DNA of 64,000 nt from Diplonema japonicum (lineage: Eukaryota > Protista > Euglenozoa: Diplonemea), in assembly GCA_964019335.1 (NCBI GenBank), contig OZ025671.1, forward strand, positions 1 to 64,000. The letters run 5' to 3'. The notes under the pieces were generated by a model, which saw nothing but the letters and a program-made list of their open reading frames with translations, did no database searches and was not told the origin of the DNA. Positions 17,875 through 30,040 of the stretch are shown here, in pieces. How positions within the stretch are numbered: position 1 is the first letter of the stretch; each line of letters opens with the position of its first letter. Position numbers and translations under genes: made by a program.

Positions 17875-19164
17875 AGTTTTTTTTTCCGCACCCAAAAGGG
17901 GTGCCAAAATGGGGCTGGACGGACGCAGATGCCTACAGGGGGTTTTTGTAAGTTTGAAAACCGAAAATTCCGGATGCAAATTTGGCTCCGCGGTGTTCTT
18001 GGTGTTCAGGCTCCCTGTCTGCCAGGGCTGGCCCACCATGGCTGTTTTCACCGCCTTCCTTGGGGCCGTAGGTCTTTTGTTATTTCCCTAAACTCCTTCT
18101 CCTTGGCTTTTTTTTTTCTTGGCGTCCGCCGTAAAATTGGTGATATTTTGATAAACAAGAGAGGTATGTATGGGGGAAAAAGTGCATGCTCAGTGTTGGG
18201 GGGGGTCCGGAATAGTGGTTTTATCCGCCTCTTTTCACCCATGGGACGGAAAAGCCCCCGCCTTGCCGATCGCGATGGAAGACACGGTTTATGGTTCCCA
18301 TGCCCCCCACCGGATCGTCTTCTACTCCTCTTTTCACTTTTTTTATTTTTTTACTAGTAAATTAAAACTTCTCTAACAAGGCGGGAGAAAAAAAAAATCT
18401 GGCATGCACAAAAAAGTGGTGATAAAGATTCGAGTTCGTGAATCACTTATCGATAGAGGAGAAAAAGGCCTCTTTCTTCTCTTTAATTTTTCTCTTTTTC
18501 AAACCTCCTTTGATGATAAAATAAAAATTTAAAATTTGGTTGCCGTTCTCTTTCCTTGTTTTTCCTTTTATTTTCTCGGCGAACCTGATGCAAAATATAA
18601 TAAACTAGGGAGGAATGAATCTTTTCTTTTCTTTTCTTTTTTTTTTTCGAGGGGGGGTAGGGTTGGGAGAAAGAAAATAAAGAAAAGAAAAATAAAAAGA
18701 AAATAAAAGATATATGAATTGAAGGGAGTCTTTGTGAGACGCCCTCTCGTCCTCTTCGTCTTCCTGCACCTTTCCCCTTTCTGCAGCGGTTTCTCCTCCG
18801 TTGGTGGTCTTGCCGTCCTTCCCCAGCCCGGCCTGAAAAAAAGAAAAAATTTGGGAAGGCTTCCATAGGTCACCAGCTATGGAAGCCCGCCTGATAAACC
18901 CACCCGTCAGCGAACAAGCTGTAGAAGGAAAACTTCTAGTTAAACCATAAGATAAAAAATAAAAAAGAATCAACTCAAAACCATCAGCAAACAATCTGTA
19001 GAAGGAAAACTCCTAGTAAAACCAAAAAGAAAAGAAACGGAAACCCAACAGCAAACATGTTTTAACAAAGGAACTTCAGGGGGAAAACTCCCGGTCCCCT
19101 TTTTTTTTTCTTTTGCTAACTTTCTTTTTTTTTTTTTTTCCCCTTTGTCGTTTTGTTGTAATGG

Positions 19165-19200
<36 letters not shown>

Positions 19201-19381
19201 GACTGGCCGTTGTTTGTACGTGCCGGGTAAAACCTGGAGACGTTTGTCAACCCGAAACACGTTGCCAACGTTCCCCTTTTGTTTAGACAAGTCAAAGACT
19301 CGTTCTTGCAAAAAAAAAAAAAAAAAAAAGGGGGGGGAATTCTAAAGAGGGCTTCCCTCAGGAACCCTTAATGTTGGCTGC

Positions 19382-22300
19382 TCAAGCCCTGGGCCCTTGC
19401 GAGCCCAGGGGGGTGGATCGACCACCCTGGGGCCCCCTCACATCTCGTTGGACAGGGCCCTTCCCGACCTTAGCGGCGCGTTGGGCCGACTGGGTCTCGT
19501 GGGAAGGTACCCTTTTTCTGGCGACCTTTTCCCCGCCCTCTACCCGGACATCGGGGTTGGAGGTTTCTGGGGTACTGACCTCCGGAGAGAGGCGCCCCCC
19601 GCCTTCAGCCCCCAGCACGGGAGACTGCGACGGACGAGCGGGCGAAGGCTCTCTGTCCACACCGGAGGGGGCCGAATGTGCCTCCGTCCCGTCCGACTCG
19701 CACAGGTCCGCGGCCATGGACACCACGGGCGCCTCCGGGAACCTCGCCTCTGGAGAGTAGAGCCCTGCACCGCTCGCCCCCGGAATGGGAGATTGCGCCG
19801 TTTCGCCTTCCTCCTGCGGCGGCCTGCTACCCACGGCCAAGGGGGTCAGGGAAGGGGGCGGAACCGCTCCGAACAGCACGCGCATGCCAGCGGCCAGGCT
19901 CGATTCTCTTACGTCCAGCTGGCCGCGACCCTTCTTCACTTTTGGGGTCCGCTGGGCGGACTGAGCCTCATTCGAGGGCACCCTCTTCCTCGCCAGACCC
20001 CTGTTCCCACTGACCTCCGGCGAATCAATCTCGAGGGGCTCGGGCGCGGTCCCGTCCTCCACCGCCGCTCCCGTCTGGATGGGGGGCTCATTAGCTTCAC
20101 CTTCCGCCTGGGCAGGGGACTCCCCTCCTTCCTCCTGGATGTGGGACTCATCACCCTCCGACTGAGTAGGGGATTCGCTATCCTCCACCTGGATGCTGGA
20201 TCCACTGCCCTCCGTCTGAGTGGGGGACTCACCCACCTCCGCCTGGGTGGGAGACCCAGCCTCCTCCTCCTGGGCGGGGAGCTCCCGGACATGGGACTCA
20301 CCACCCTCCGCCTGGATAGGGGGTTCGACGCCTTCCGACTGGATGGGGGACTCCTCCTCCCCGTCCGCCTCGAAGAGAACCCGCGCCACGTAAACTTCGT
20401 CTGACTCTAGTTGGACTGGGAACCAGGGGCGGACCGCAGGCCCCCTGACGTCCAGCAACGCTGGGTGCCTCTGTACCTTGGGATCCCTCTGGGCGGACAG
20501 GGCCTCGTTGGACGGGACCCTCTTCCTCACCAGGCTTTCCCCGATGGCTCCCACAAGCGTCACGGACGGTGTGTTCCCCGTGCTCCTGGCCTCCGGAGAG
20601 CCTGACTCACGGTCTCCCCCAAGCCTTGCCCTGTCCCCCTCCGACGAAGGGGGGCCTCGGGCAGCCCCTTCCAACACCGCCGCCACAATGGGGGAGTCGC
20701 ACCCTCCTCCGAGCACCGACTGGGAGGCCCTTGGGGTTAGCACCGCCGCTCCCTGTGAGGGTTGTGTCGTCCCCAGGCCGCTTTCTCCCGCGGGTACAGG
20801 AGAGAAGACATCCGCCTCCAGGATCGCCATGATCTGCTCCCTAGAGAACGCGCCCAGCCCGGTCCGCTCCACCTCCTGGCTCACCGCCGCTGGCGGGCCT
20901 CCGGCTTCTGCCGCTTCCAGATCGGGGCTCCCTTCGTCCTCCCTCATCGGGCTGGCCGACCCGGGTGACTCCGAACCTCCCTCCCCTCCGGCGCTCTGCA
21001 ACTCTGCGTCCCCTTCTCCGACCCCGGGGCCTTCGCTGCTGGACTCTGGGGCGGACGAGAGGACTTCCTCCATCGAAGATGACGGTGAGGGCCCCCCCTC
21101 CCCTTCCTGCGGCCCCTGCCACGACATCTGGTCGTCCTCCCTTCCCGAGGGGGACGGAGAGAGGGGAAACTGGTGGTTGCTCGGTTCTCCACTTACCTCA
21201 GCCCGTCCCTCGAGCAGGAGTGGCCCCATAGGCTCATCCCCCTCTGATGCCTGTGGCGGGGTTAGGCCCCCCTCAACCTCCGTCTGGACCGTCCCCTGCG
21301 AGCCCTCCTCCTCCATTCCTTCGGGCAATACGGCTTGGATGGTGTTTTCTGTGCCAGTGTTCCCCTCTGATGCCTGCGGCGGAGTCAGGCCCCCCTCAAC
21401 CTCCATCCGGTCCGTTCCCTGCGCGTCCTCCTCCTCCATTCCTTCAGGCAATGCGGCTTGGATGGTGTTTTCTGTGCCAGTGTTGCCCTCCGAGGAGGAG
21501 TCGGAGGCGTCCGACTGAGACGTCCCCTCCATGGGTTCCCCACCCTCTATCGAATCACTCTTCTCCTCCTCCTCCTCCACGGACATGTCGGTCGGGCCCA
21601 CCTCCTCCGCCGGGGTGGAGGTGTATCCCAGCGACGTCCCTCCGCCCTGCCCATCCCCGCTCTCTTCCGTGTCCTCCTCCATCAAGCCGGGCTCCTCCTC
21701 CTGAGGACTTCCCTCCCCCATGGACAAGTCGGCTGTTTCGTTTTCTTTAGAACCTGAGATGTCCACCCGCGGGGCAGCGGGGCCTGCCTGCGGGACCCAC
21801 CCTTCTGCGAGCGAGCTCCCTGCCGTATCATCCTCCATCGCGTCGGGGCTGGAGACGTCTGGTAGCGGCACTGCCTCCCAGGGCTCCCTCACCTCCGTCG
21901 CGTCAGGGGTCCCCCCCTCCCCCGCGGGGGCCAAGTCCGTCCCTCCGACGACCGGGGGGGCGGCGGGGATGTCCGCCTGCGGAGCACCGCCCTCCAGCCC
22001 GTCCTCGCTTTCCACCTCCATCAAGCCGAAGTCCTCCCCCTGCAATGAGAGAGGGCCTGTCTGCAACTCCGCCTGCTCCTCTGGCATGTCCTCTGCCGGG
22101 TCCTCCTCCATCGCGCTGGGGCCATCCTGCGTCGTGCACACTTCCTCCTCTCCAGCGGGCATGTCGGCTGATTCGGTTTTTGTCGTGCCTGACGCGTCCT
22201 CCGTCGAGGGTGGGGGGGCGCCCGCTGCCTGGGCTTCCTCGTCTCCTGGGCCATCGGGGGGGATGTCTGGGGCCGGGGGTGGGTCGGGCGGTGCTTGTGT

Positions 22301-25300
22301 CTCTTTGATCGGGTGCCTCCTCCTCGTCTCCACTGCCACCTCTCTCATGAGGGCTACGCTCAGTTCCTCTGTCATGGTCCTATAGACCTCCGTCGCGTCC
22401 CGCTGCCTCTTCTTCGCCACCTCCGCCGCGATCCTCTTCAGCACCCTCCTGGCGTCGGTCCCGAACCCGCCAAACGTCTCCAGAGCACAGGGGGTGAACC
22501 GTATCCGGGCTCTCTCGCAGTCGCTCGCGTACTTCGCCCGCTTCGACTCCGCCTGTTTCTCCGCAGCCGCCCCCGGAACCGCCATTGCCGCCGCCAGGTG
22601 GGCGCTCGCACACGGGTGGACCACCGTCACGTCGATGGCCAGAGGGCCCTCGCCTTCCACCCCCATCGGGAGGTAAACGTCAGCAGGCTTCCTCCCGTCA
22701 CCCAGGAGGCCTTGTTGCTCCTTCACCGCTTGCAACCCGCCGCTGTAGCAGTGCTTCACCAACATGTCCCTCACCCTGTCGTGCCTCTTCGTCATGACCG
22801 CACCTCTCTTGCAAACCATGGCATGGTCGCCTAGTGCGTCGTTGTCCTCACCGCACATCGGGCACTTCCCCTCGGACCCGACTGCGGTGCCAAGGAGCCA
22901 GCTGGTCAGCGTCCTGAACTCATCGTTCTTTAGTTCGTTATTCAAGCCCGTGATCGCCGTCAGCCAAGCCCCTGCTTTGTGAACCTTCAGCGAGTTCAAC
23001 CTGGCCTTGTCCCTACCACCCGGGGAGCTCCCGAACAGCGCACCCCAGGACTTCTCCTCGAGGATCTGCGACATCTTCCTCTGAGGGTACAGCCTCGGGG
23101 TGTTTCGCAGCAGGTCCACGGAGAGCCTGTCAGGATCGTCGGCTGCGAGGTGGCCGTTGAACCACTCGACCCCCCACTCCCAGCCACCCGCCAGTGAAGC
23201 GTCCCAGTCGTACCCCCCCAGGATCTCCGACGCCAGCTCCTGGGTCGCCGCCAGCGAGGCCATGTTCGCCACTAGGGCGTGTTCGCTGCAGCTGCGAAGG
23301 CCCATCCCTCCCCTCCTCGTCGCAAGCTTCGCCTGGCTCCACTCCCTCTCCCCGAGCTCCCGGGCAAGAAGGTGCTCCATCGCCCCCTTCACCAGGCCGT
23401 CGAATTCCGTCAAGGGGCCCGCTAGCTGCGTGTGCGGTACCGTGCGCATGAGGTGGACCATCTTGCTGTACGAGCTGCAGTTCTTCACCAAGGCGTAGCC
23501 CGACTGGGTCCTCATCTTCTTCTGCATCTCGAAGGTCTTGCCCAGGGCCTCGAGCTTCTTTGCCAAGAAGGCCTTCGTGTACTCCGCGTCCCCTATGGGG
23601 GTCCCCAGGAGCTCGAAGTTCCCATCCGAGCTCATTTTCTCCTTGGAGAAACCGGAGAAGCCCCACTCTTCTGGGTCGGTCGGCTTCTCACCAGACACCC
23701 AGATCAACTCGCACTTCTGCGGCTTCACCTTCAGGCCTCGCTTCGCCGACTCCTCTACCACGATGCGGTAGGCCTTCTCCACCTGTCCCCTCTCTCCGGC
23801 CAGGAACCCGTCATCGAGGTAGAAGAACTGGAGGTCCAGACTTGTATCCGCCCTTATCTTCTCCAGTACTGGCTGCAGCGCGAGGGAGAACAGCAACGGA
23901 CCCACCGGGTCGCCCTGCTGGACCCCCTCCCTCGAGAGTAGCTCCGTCCCCTCGTGGAACAGCTTGGATGGGTGTCTGTAGCAAGATTCGGCCCACTTGT
24001 ACCCCTTGGGAACCTTCGCGCACGCCTCCTTTAGCATCTCGTACCTGCTGATTGTGTTGAAGGCGTTTGCGTAGTCTATCTTGATCGCCACTCGGGATAC
24101 GTCGTCCTGTTTCGCCTTCTCCACGTACTGCCTTGTCGCGTGGACAGCCGCCTCCATCCCCGCGGGGACCGCCACCCCGATCTGGCCCCCCTTCCTCAGG
24201 TAGGACTTGGCCACTTCCGCCCCTTCCTTGTCAAGGATTGCCTTCCCTACAAGTCGTCTCAGGCTCTCTCCTACGGCGATCGGACGGACTCCCCTGTCCG
24301 GTTTCCGCAGCGGAATCAAGCTCGCCCCTAGTAGCACCGGTGCCACCTCAGCCGGAGTCTGACCTCTGGCCATGATATTGCACACCTCGGTGAGAGCCGC
24401 CAGGGCCCCTACTTCCGTCACCACGCCGTCCACCCCGTCCTTCAGGTGTTGGGCGCTCAACCCAGTCGGCCCAGCCGCTTTCCCCTTGTCAAAGTCCCGG
24501 ACCATGCTCAGAACGTCGACGGCCGTGACGTCCTCGAAGGAGTCAGCCGGATTCAGTTCTAGCCCCGAGGGGTCAACCGATGCCTCAGGGTGGAGGCCCA
24601 GGAGCTTCTCGAAGGTCTCGGTGGAGTCCTCCGCCAACCCTCCCGCAGTTAGCGCTGCGTTGGCTCTGGAGAAGCGCCCATCCCTGCACAGCGTCTCCCC
24701 TCTCTTCAGCCTGGATTCGTCGTCTGGATCCTTCGAGACTCTCTTCTCCGATAGGGGGACTCCGTTCCACACCTGCTGGTACTCCCCTCTGATCCAGGCC
24801 TCCAACTTCTGCTTGGCGCTGCTCTCCCCGGACTTCCGACGTGCCTTTCCACCCCTGCGTCTGCCCAGGCAAGCCTTCGGAAGCATCAGGAGCAGCACCC
24901 ACGACAGGTAGGAGTTCTCCTGCTTCACCCTCACCAGTGCCGTCTTCAGCGCCAGACTCCACAACCCTTGGAGCGGGACGGGGATGTGCTTCATGAGGCC
25001 CACTTTCCGGGTGGCCACCTCCTCCAGAGAAGGAAGTGCGTCCCGGCTAGGGGCCGCCTTCACATCCACGGGACCCCCAGGAGCGCTGTACCTGGCGATG
25101 CACCTGACGTGAGCCGCCTCCCGTTCGCCCACCACCGACCCACACACGCAGGTCTTGAGGCCAAACTTCTTCAGCTCCTGCGGGAGTACCTCCTCGTCCA
25201 GCAGGTGGTCGTTCAAGTGGGACTTCAGCAGTTCCCACCCCAAGATCGCCGGGCCTCCCATGTGGGACGACCTCTCGCACCCCCTCACCGGGCACTGGAA

Positions 25301-28300
25301 ACTCCTGACCTTGCTGTCCAGTCGTGGGGCATCCTTCATGTGGTGTCCGTTGGGCCTGATGGAGGACTCCGGCATCAGGAGGTGGGCGAGGTCCAGGATG
25401 GCGGGCCTGGTCCCCGAGGGGGCTAGCCTCGCCTCCACCGCCCAATCCACCAGGGTGGACTTTCCGCCCTCCGAGACCAACACAGGCCTGTAGTGGGATC
25501 CCGTGAAGCCAAGCACCACCGTATCCTCCGGTTCCCTTGCCTCCCCGAGCTTCAAGACCTGGGCGTCACCCCCGGTCACGACCACGACCGTCTTTTGCCA
25601 GACCTCCACCGCCGCCTGCAGACAAAGGTGGTCCCCCCACTCCCCTTGCTTTGCCATGTAGTGGATGTAGGCCTCAAAACCGATCGGATCCACAAAGCTC
25701 TCGAACCTGCCCCTGTTGTCCCTTATGTGGTTGACCACCCGACTCCTCACCTCTCCGTGTCGTTCCTTCTCCCCCAGCAGCACCACCGCCAGAGAGCGGA
25801 ACAAGCAATCCCCTCCGCCCCCAGCATCCTCCTCCTTGGCACCCACCTCGTGCAGGATCGACTCCCTGGTGACAGACGAGCCCGATATCCCACGGACGAG
25901 GCGGGAGGGCTCCTTCTCGGGCTTGGGCCGGCAATTCACGCACCGCTCCTTGTTCCCCGCCGTGAACAGCACGCTGCACCCTCCGCAGATCGCGAAACCC
26001 ATCGCCTTCGCGTTCTCTGGCGTGAGCTCTCCGGCGTGGGTCTTCGACAGGTGGTACTGCAAGCCCGCCTTCGACGAGTGCTCTTTCTTACCCTTCTCAC
26101 ACAGCAGGCACTCCCACACTCCGTCGGTCCTTCGGGAAGCCCCGGCCGTGCTCCTACTGGTGGCGGGGGGGCCTCCGGCTGCGCCTGGGGGCGGAGGCGG
26201 GGGTGGGGGTTGGGAAAGCGTTGCTCCGCCTTTGAGCGAGGAGGCTTCTAAGGGGAGGGGGGGCACGGGGCTCCGATAGACCACCCTGGTATAGGGCCCC
26301 CAACGTCTCCTGGCCACCCACCTCTTCCTCGCAAGGTGTTTCCCGGCCCTCGACCTGATGGCCCTCCTGGCCATCGCAGCCCTCTCCTCCGCTTCCGCTA
26401 TCCCGATGAGCCGGGCTGCAACAGCTGGAGGGGCGGGACCGCACCCCTTCTTCTTGCAGGCTTCCCTTTCCCTCCTCTTCTCGACCCTTCTCTGGCGGTG
26501 CAGCCTCCTCCGCTCCCTGTCAGCGATTTCCCTAGCCTTCTCCCTGGCCTGGGCCCTCTCCTCGCGGCGCCTTTGGAGGGTGGCCTCGCTACGGTGTCTC
26601 CTCCCCCGGCCCTTCGTCACCGTCTGCCTCGTCTTCCGGGGTCCCGGGGCCAACCAGGGTACTCCCCCTCCATTCCTCCCCTGCGGGGCGCGCTCCGGCT
26701 TCCATCTTTCCTCCTGGGCCACCGCCCCCACCACCCCCTGGAGGGTGGTGGAAACGGGGGCCAGGACCCCCCTCCTGTTAGTGAGTGTGGGTGTGTTTTT
26801 TTGTTTATTTTCCACCCTCAAAAAAAGTCCCGGACCCATTCGGATCCGGGTGTAAAGGGGGGGTGACAATGGGGGGGCCGAAGGGGCGCTAACCTCTCTA
26901 GGGAGAGCACCCTTCTCTTTTTTCTTCTTATCCTCCTTCTGGGAGGAAACAAAGGGGGGGGAATCCACTTGGGGGGGGTTTGCAAGGGGGGGATTTACAA
27001 GAGGGGGGACAGATAAACCATAAATAGAAGAAGCAGAGGAAGGGGCGCTACCCTCTCTCGGGAGTGCACCCTTCCCTTTTTTTTTTTTCTTATCCTCCTC
27101 CTGGGAGGGAACAAAGGGGGGGGGATCTACAAGGGGGGGGTTTACAAGGGGGGAATTTACAAGAGGGGGGACAGATAAACAAGAGAAAGAAGAAAAAGAA
27201 GAAGCGGAGGAAGGGGGGGAGTTTACAAGAGGGGAGACAGATAATCCAGAGATAGAAGAAGCAGAGGAAGGGGCGCTACCCTCTCTCGGGAGTGCACCCT
27301 TACCTATTTTTTTCTTGTCCTCCCCCTGGGAAGAAACAAAGGGGGGGGAATCTACAATGGGGGGGTTTACAAGGGGGGAATTTACAAGAGGGGGGACAGA
27401 TAAACAAGAGAAAGAAGAACAAGAAGAAGCGGAGGAAGGGGGGGAAGGGGCGCCTCCCTCTCTCGGGGACACCTCCTTCGCACTCTCTTTCCTTCTCCCC
27501 ACAAACACAGTTTTTTTTTTTTCTATTTCCTCCACAGAGGACACAGAGGGGGAGGGGAGGGGCACGGGGCAGCCAACCGTCCGCAGGGTGATCGACACCC
27601 TGGAGCCCGAAGAACACCCTTCGGGGATGTGGTGGGTCCATTCGTAGCGGGCCTCACCCTCCAGAATGGCCCAGGTGAAGGGAGGCACCAGGTACTTCGA
27701 TACCCTGGACCCCTTCTTCAGGACCATCGTGGTCTCTGCGCCGTACGAGAGGATGAGGACCACTGGTCCCAACCTCACGTCGTCGGTGTGGTGGGCGATT
27801 CCACACCCAGGCTCGTATCGATTTACGAGCACCTGGTCTGGGGTGATCCCCAGCCCCGCTGCGGTGGCCACCTCCGCCACCCAACCCCTGGCCCCCTCTG
27901 GGATCGGGGTGGTGCGGCGCACTTTGGCACGGGCACCCACCCACCTGAAACCAAATTGGAGGGTTTCCCTCCCTTTGTTCCCCGAAATGGACTCCCACCC
28001 CCCCGAGAGCAAGGTCTCTGGGTGGGTGGGAGCTGGGCCTGTTCTTAAGCCCGGGGGGTGGTCCCCTCCCGTGAGCACCCACCCTCCTTCTTTCTTTTTT
28101 TCCCCCCTCTCAGTCTTCAGGCGGGTGGCGGTGGCGGCTGCGGAATCGGGAGCGGGCGCGCTGGCTGCGGGTGGTTCTATTTTTTTATGTTTTTTATTAT
28201 TTTTTACGACATCTAGAGGGGATCTAAGGGGAGGGGAGGGGTCATACTGCCCGGCCAGATTTCGGTCTGGTCGGGTGGTCGGCTTGGTCGGCGTCTCTCG

Positions 28301-28354
28301 TAGGCGTTCCTCCTGCGGGCGGCGGTCTCCGACGACGTTTCGTCTAGGGTCCAT
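19382..28354 (-). CDS. 2990-aa family A polyprotein, copy 3 (intact)
   Basis: Translation matches copy 2. Confidence 0.95.
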   Translation of the reverse strand: MDPRRNVVGDRRPQEERLRETPTKPTTRPDRNLAGQYDPSPPLRSPLDVVKNNKKHKKIEPPAASAPAPDSAAATATRLKTERGEKKKEGGWVLTGGDHPPGLRTGPAPTHPETLLSGGWESISGNKGRETLQFGFRWVGARAKVRRTTPIPEGARGWVAEVATAAGLGITPDQVLVNRYEPGCGIAHHTDDVRLGPVVLILSYGAETTMVLKKGSRVSKYLVPPFTWAILEGEARYEWTHHIPEGCSSGSRVSITLRTVGCPVPLPSPSVSSVEEIEKKKTVFVGRRKESAKEVSPREGGAPSPPSSASSCSSFSCLSVPPLVNSPLVNPPIVDSPPFVSSQGEDKKKIGKGALPREGSAPSSASSISGLSVSPLVNSPPSSASSFSSFSCLSVPPLVNSPLVNPPLVDPPPFVPSQEEDKKKKKGKGALPREGSAPSSASSIYGLSVPPLVNPPLANPPQVDSPPFVSSQKEDKKKKEKGALPREVSAPSAPPLSPPLYTRIRMGPGLFLRVENKQKNTPTLTNRRGVLAPVSTTLQGVVGAVAQEERWKPERAPQGRNGGGVPWLAPGPRKTRQTVTKGRGRRHRSEATLQRRREERAQAREKAREIADRERRRLHRQRRVEKRREREACKKKGCGPAPPAVAARLIGIAEAEERAAMARRAIRSRAGKHLARKRWVARRRWGPYTRVVYRSPVPPLPLEASSLKGGATLSQPPPPPPPPGAAGGPPATSRSTAGASRRTDGVWECLLCEKGKKEHSSKAGLQYHLSKTHAGELTPENAKAMGFAICGGCSVLFTAGNKERCVNCRPKPEKEPSRLVRGISGSSVTRESILHEVGAKEEDAGGGGDCLFRSLAVVLLGEKERHGEVRSRVVNHIRDNRGRFESFVDPIGFEAYIHYMAKQGEWGDHLCLQAAVEVWQKTVVVVTGGDAQVLKLGEAREPEDTVVLGFTGSHYRPVLVSEGGKSTLVDWAVEARLAPSGTRPAILDLAHLLMPESSIRPNGHHMKDAPRLDSKVRSFQCPVRGCERSSHMGGPAILGWELLKSHLNDHLLDEEVLPQELKKFGLKTCVCGSVVGEREAAHVRCIARYSAPGGPVDVKAAPSRDALPSLEEVATRKVGLMKHIPVPLQGLWSLALKTALVRVKQENSYLSWVLLLMLPKACLGRRRGGKARRKSGESSAKQKLEAWIRGEYQQVWNGVPLSEKRVSKDPDDESRLKRGETLCRDGRFSRANAALTAGGLAEDSTETFEKLLGLHPEASVDPSGLELNPADSFEDVTAVDVLSMVRDFDKGKAAGPTGLSAQHLKDGVDGVVTEVGALAALTEVCNIMARGQTPAEVAPVLLGASLIPLRKPDRGVRPIAVGESLRRLVGKAILDKEGAEVAKSYLRKGGQIGVAVPAGMEAAVHATRQYVEKAKQDDVSRVAIKIDYANAFNTISRYEMLKEACAKVPKGYKWAESCYRHPSKLFHEGTELLSREGVQQGDPVGPLLFSLALQPVLEKIRADTSLDLQFFYLDDGFLAGERGQVEKAYRIVVEESAKRGLKVKPQKCELIWVSGEKPTDPEEWGFSGFSKEKMSSDGNFELLGTPIGDAEYTKAFLAKKLEALGKTFEMQKKMRTQSGYALVKNCSSYSKMVHLMRTVPHTQLAGPLTEFDGLVKGAMEHLLARELGEREWSQAKLATRRGGMGLRSCSEHALVANMASLAATQELASEILGGYDWDASLAGGWEWGVEWFNGHLAADDPDRLSVDLLRNTPRLYPQRKMSQILEEKSWGALFGSSPGGRDKARLNSLKVHKAGAWLTAITGLNNELKNDEFRTLTSWLLGTAVGSEGKCPMCGEDNDALGDHAMVCKRGAVMTKRHDRVRDMLVKHCYSGGLQAVKEQQGLLGDGRKPADVYLPMGVEGEGPLAIDVTVVHPCASAHLAAAMAVPGAAAEKQAESKRAKYASDCERARIRFTPCALETFGGFGTDARRVLKRIAAEVAKKRQRDATEVYRTMTEELSVALMREVAVETRRRHPIKETQAPPDPPPAPDIPPDGPGDEEAQAAGAPPPSTEDASGTTKTESADMPAGEEEVCTTQDGPSAMEEDPAEDMPEEQAELQTGPLSLQGEDFGLMEVESEDGLEGGAPQADIPAAPPVVGGTDLAPAGEGGTPDATEVREPWEAVPLPDVSSPDAMEDDTAGSSLAEGWVPQAGPAAPRVDISGSKENETADLSMGEGSPQEEEPGLMEEDTEESGDGQGGGTSLGYTSTPAEEVGPTDMSVEEEEEKSDSIEGGEPMEGTSQSDASDSSSEGNTGTENTIQAALPEGMEEEDAQGTDRMEVEGGLTPPQASEGNTGTENTIQAVLPEGMEEEGSQGTVQTEVEGGLTPPQASEGDEPMGPLLLEGRAEVSGEPSNHQFPLSPSPSGREDDQMSWQGPQEGEGGPSPSSSMEEVLSSAPESSSEGPGVGEGDAELQSAGGEGGSESPGSASPMREDEGSPDLEAAEAGGPPAAVSQEVERTGLGAFSREQIMAILEADVFSPVPAGESGLGTTQPSQGAAVLTPRASQSVLGGGCDSPIVAAVLEGAARGPPSSEGDRARLGGDRESGSPEARSTGNTPSVTLVGAIGESLVRKRVPSNEALSAQRDPKVQRHPALLDVRGPAVRPWFPVQLESDEVYVARVLFEADGEEESPIQSEGVEPPIQAEGGESHVRELPAQEEEAGSPTQAEVGESPTQTEGSGSSIQVEDSESPTQSEGDESHIQEEGGESPAQAEGEANEPPIQTGAAVEDGTAPEPLEIDSPEVSGNRGLARKRVPSNEAQSAQRTPKVKKGRGQLDVRESSLAAGMRVLFGAVPPPSLTPLAVGSRPPQEEGETAQSPIPGASGAGLYSPEARFPEAPVVSMAADLCESDGTEAHSAPSGVDREPSPARPSQSPVLGAEGGGRLSPEVSTPETSNPDVRVEGGEKVARKRVPSHETQSAQRAAKVGKGPVQRDVRGPQGGRSTPLGSQGPRA

Positions 28355-28495
28355 TTTTATTTTTTTTTTTTTTGTGTTGAGGGGGGAGGGGATCCTTTGC
28401 TAAACGGCAGGCGGGCCGGGCCGAAACAACCCCCCCAGACGACGACGAACGGACACCGAGCGGACGCAGCAGGCACCAACAAAAACACAGACGAC

Positions 28496-28533
28496 CAATA
28501 AAGTACAGAAACTGTAGCTTTAGAATCGTTGGT
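28496..28533 (-). other. Spliced-leader exon copy (38 nt) at 5' end of A copy 3
   Basis: Identical to 7178-7215. Confidence 0.9.
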
Positions 28534-29823
28534 AGTTTTTTTTTCCGCACCCAAAAGGGGTGCCAAAATGGGGCTGGACGGACGCAGATGCCTACAGGGG
28601 GTTTTTGTAAGTTTGAAAACCGAAAATTCCGGATGCAAATTTGGCTCCGCGGTGTTCTTGGTGTTCAGGCTCCCTGTCTGCCAGGGCTGGCCCACCATGG
28701 CTGTTTTCACCGCCTTCCTTGGGGCCGTAGGTCTTTTGTTATTTCCCTAAACTCCTTCTCCTTGGCTTTTTTTTTTCTTGGCGTCCGCCGTAAAATTGGT
28801 GATATTTTGATAAACAAGAGAGGTATGTATGGGGGAAAAAGTGCATGCTCAGTGTTGGGGGGGGTCCGGAATAGTGGTTTTATCCGCCTCTTTTCACCCA
28901 TGGGACGGAAAAGCCCCCGCCTTGCCGATCGCGATGGAAGACACGGTTTATGGTTCCCATGCCCCCCACCGGATCGTCTTCTACTCCTCTTTTCACTTTT
29001 TTTATTTTTTTACTAGTAAATTAAAACTTCTCTAACAAGGCGGGAGAAAAAAAAAATCTGGCATGCACAAAAAAGTGGTGATAAAGATTCGAGTTCGTGA
29101 ATCACTTATCGATAGAGGAGAAAAAGGCCTCTTTCTTCTCTTTAATTTTTCTCTTTTTCAAACCTCCTTTGATGATAAAATAAAAATTTAAAATTTGGTT
29201 GCCGTTCTCTTTCCTTGTTTTTCCTTTTATTTTCTCGGCGAACCTGATGCAAAATATAATAAACTAGGGAGGAATGAATCTTTTCTTTTCTTTTCTTTTT
29301 TTTTTTCGAGGGGGGGTAGGGTTGGGAGAAAGAAAATAAAGAAAAGAAAAATAAAAAGAAAATAAAAGATATATGAATTGAAGGGAGTCTTTGTGAGACG
29401 CCCTCTCGTCCTCTTCGTCTTCCTGCACCTTTCCCCTTTCTGCAGCGGTTTCTCCTCCGTTGGTGGTCTTGCCGTCCTTCCCCAGCCCGGCCTGAAAAAA
29501 AGAAAAAATTTGGGAAGGCTTCCATAGGTCACCAGCTATGGAAGCCCGCCTGATAAACCCACCCGTCAGCGAACAAGCTGTAGAAGGAAAACTTCTAGTT
29601 AAACCATAAGATAAAAAATAAAAAAGAATCAACTCAAAACCATCAGCAAACAATCTGTAGAAGGAAAACTCCTAGTAAAACCAAAAAGAAAAGAAACGGA
29701 AACCCAACAGCAAACATGTTTTAACAAAGGAACTTCAGGGGGAAAACTCCCGGTCCCCTTTTTTTTTTCTTTTGCTAACTTTCTTTTTTTTTTTTTTTCC
29801 CCTTTGTCGTTTTGTTGTAATGG

Positions 29824-29859
<36 letters not shown>

Positions 29860-30040
29860 GACTGGCCGTTGTTTGTACGTGCCGGGTAAAACCTGGAGAC
29901 GTTTGTCAACCCGAAACACGTTGCCAACGTTCCCCTTTTGTTTAGACAAGTCAAAGACTCGTTCTTGCAAAAAAAAAAAAAAAAAAAAGGGGGGGGAATT
30001 CTAAAGAGGGCTTCCCTCAGGAACCCTTAATGTTGGCTGC

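Larger units (their letters stand above)
17875..28533 (-). mobile_element. CRE-clade RLE non-LTR retrotransposon, family A copy 3
   Basis: Appears identical to copy 2 (+10659). Confidence 0.93.
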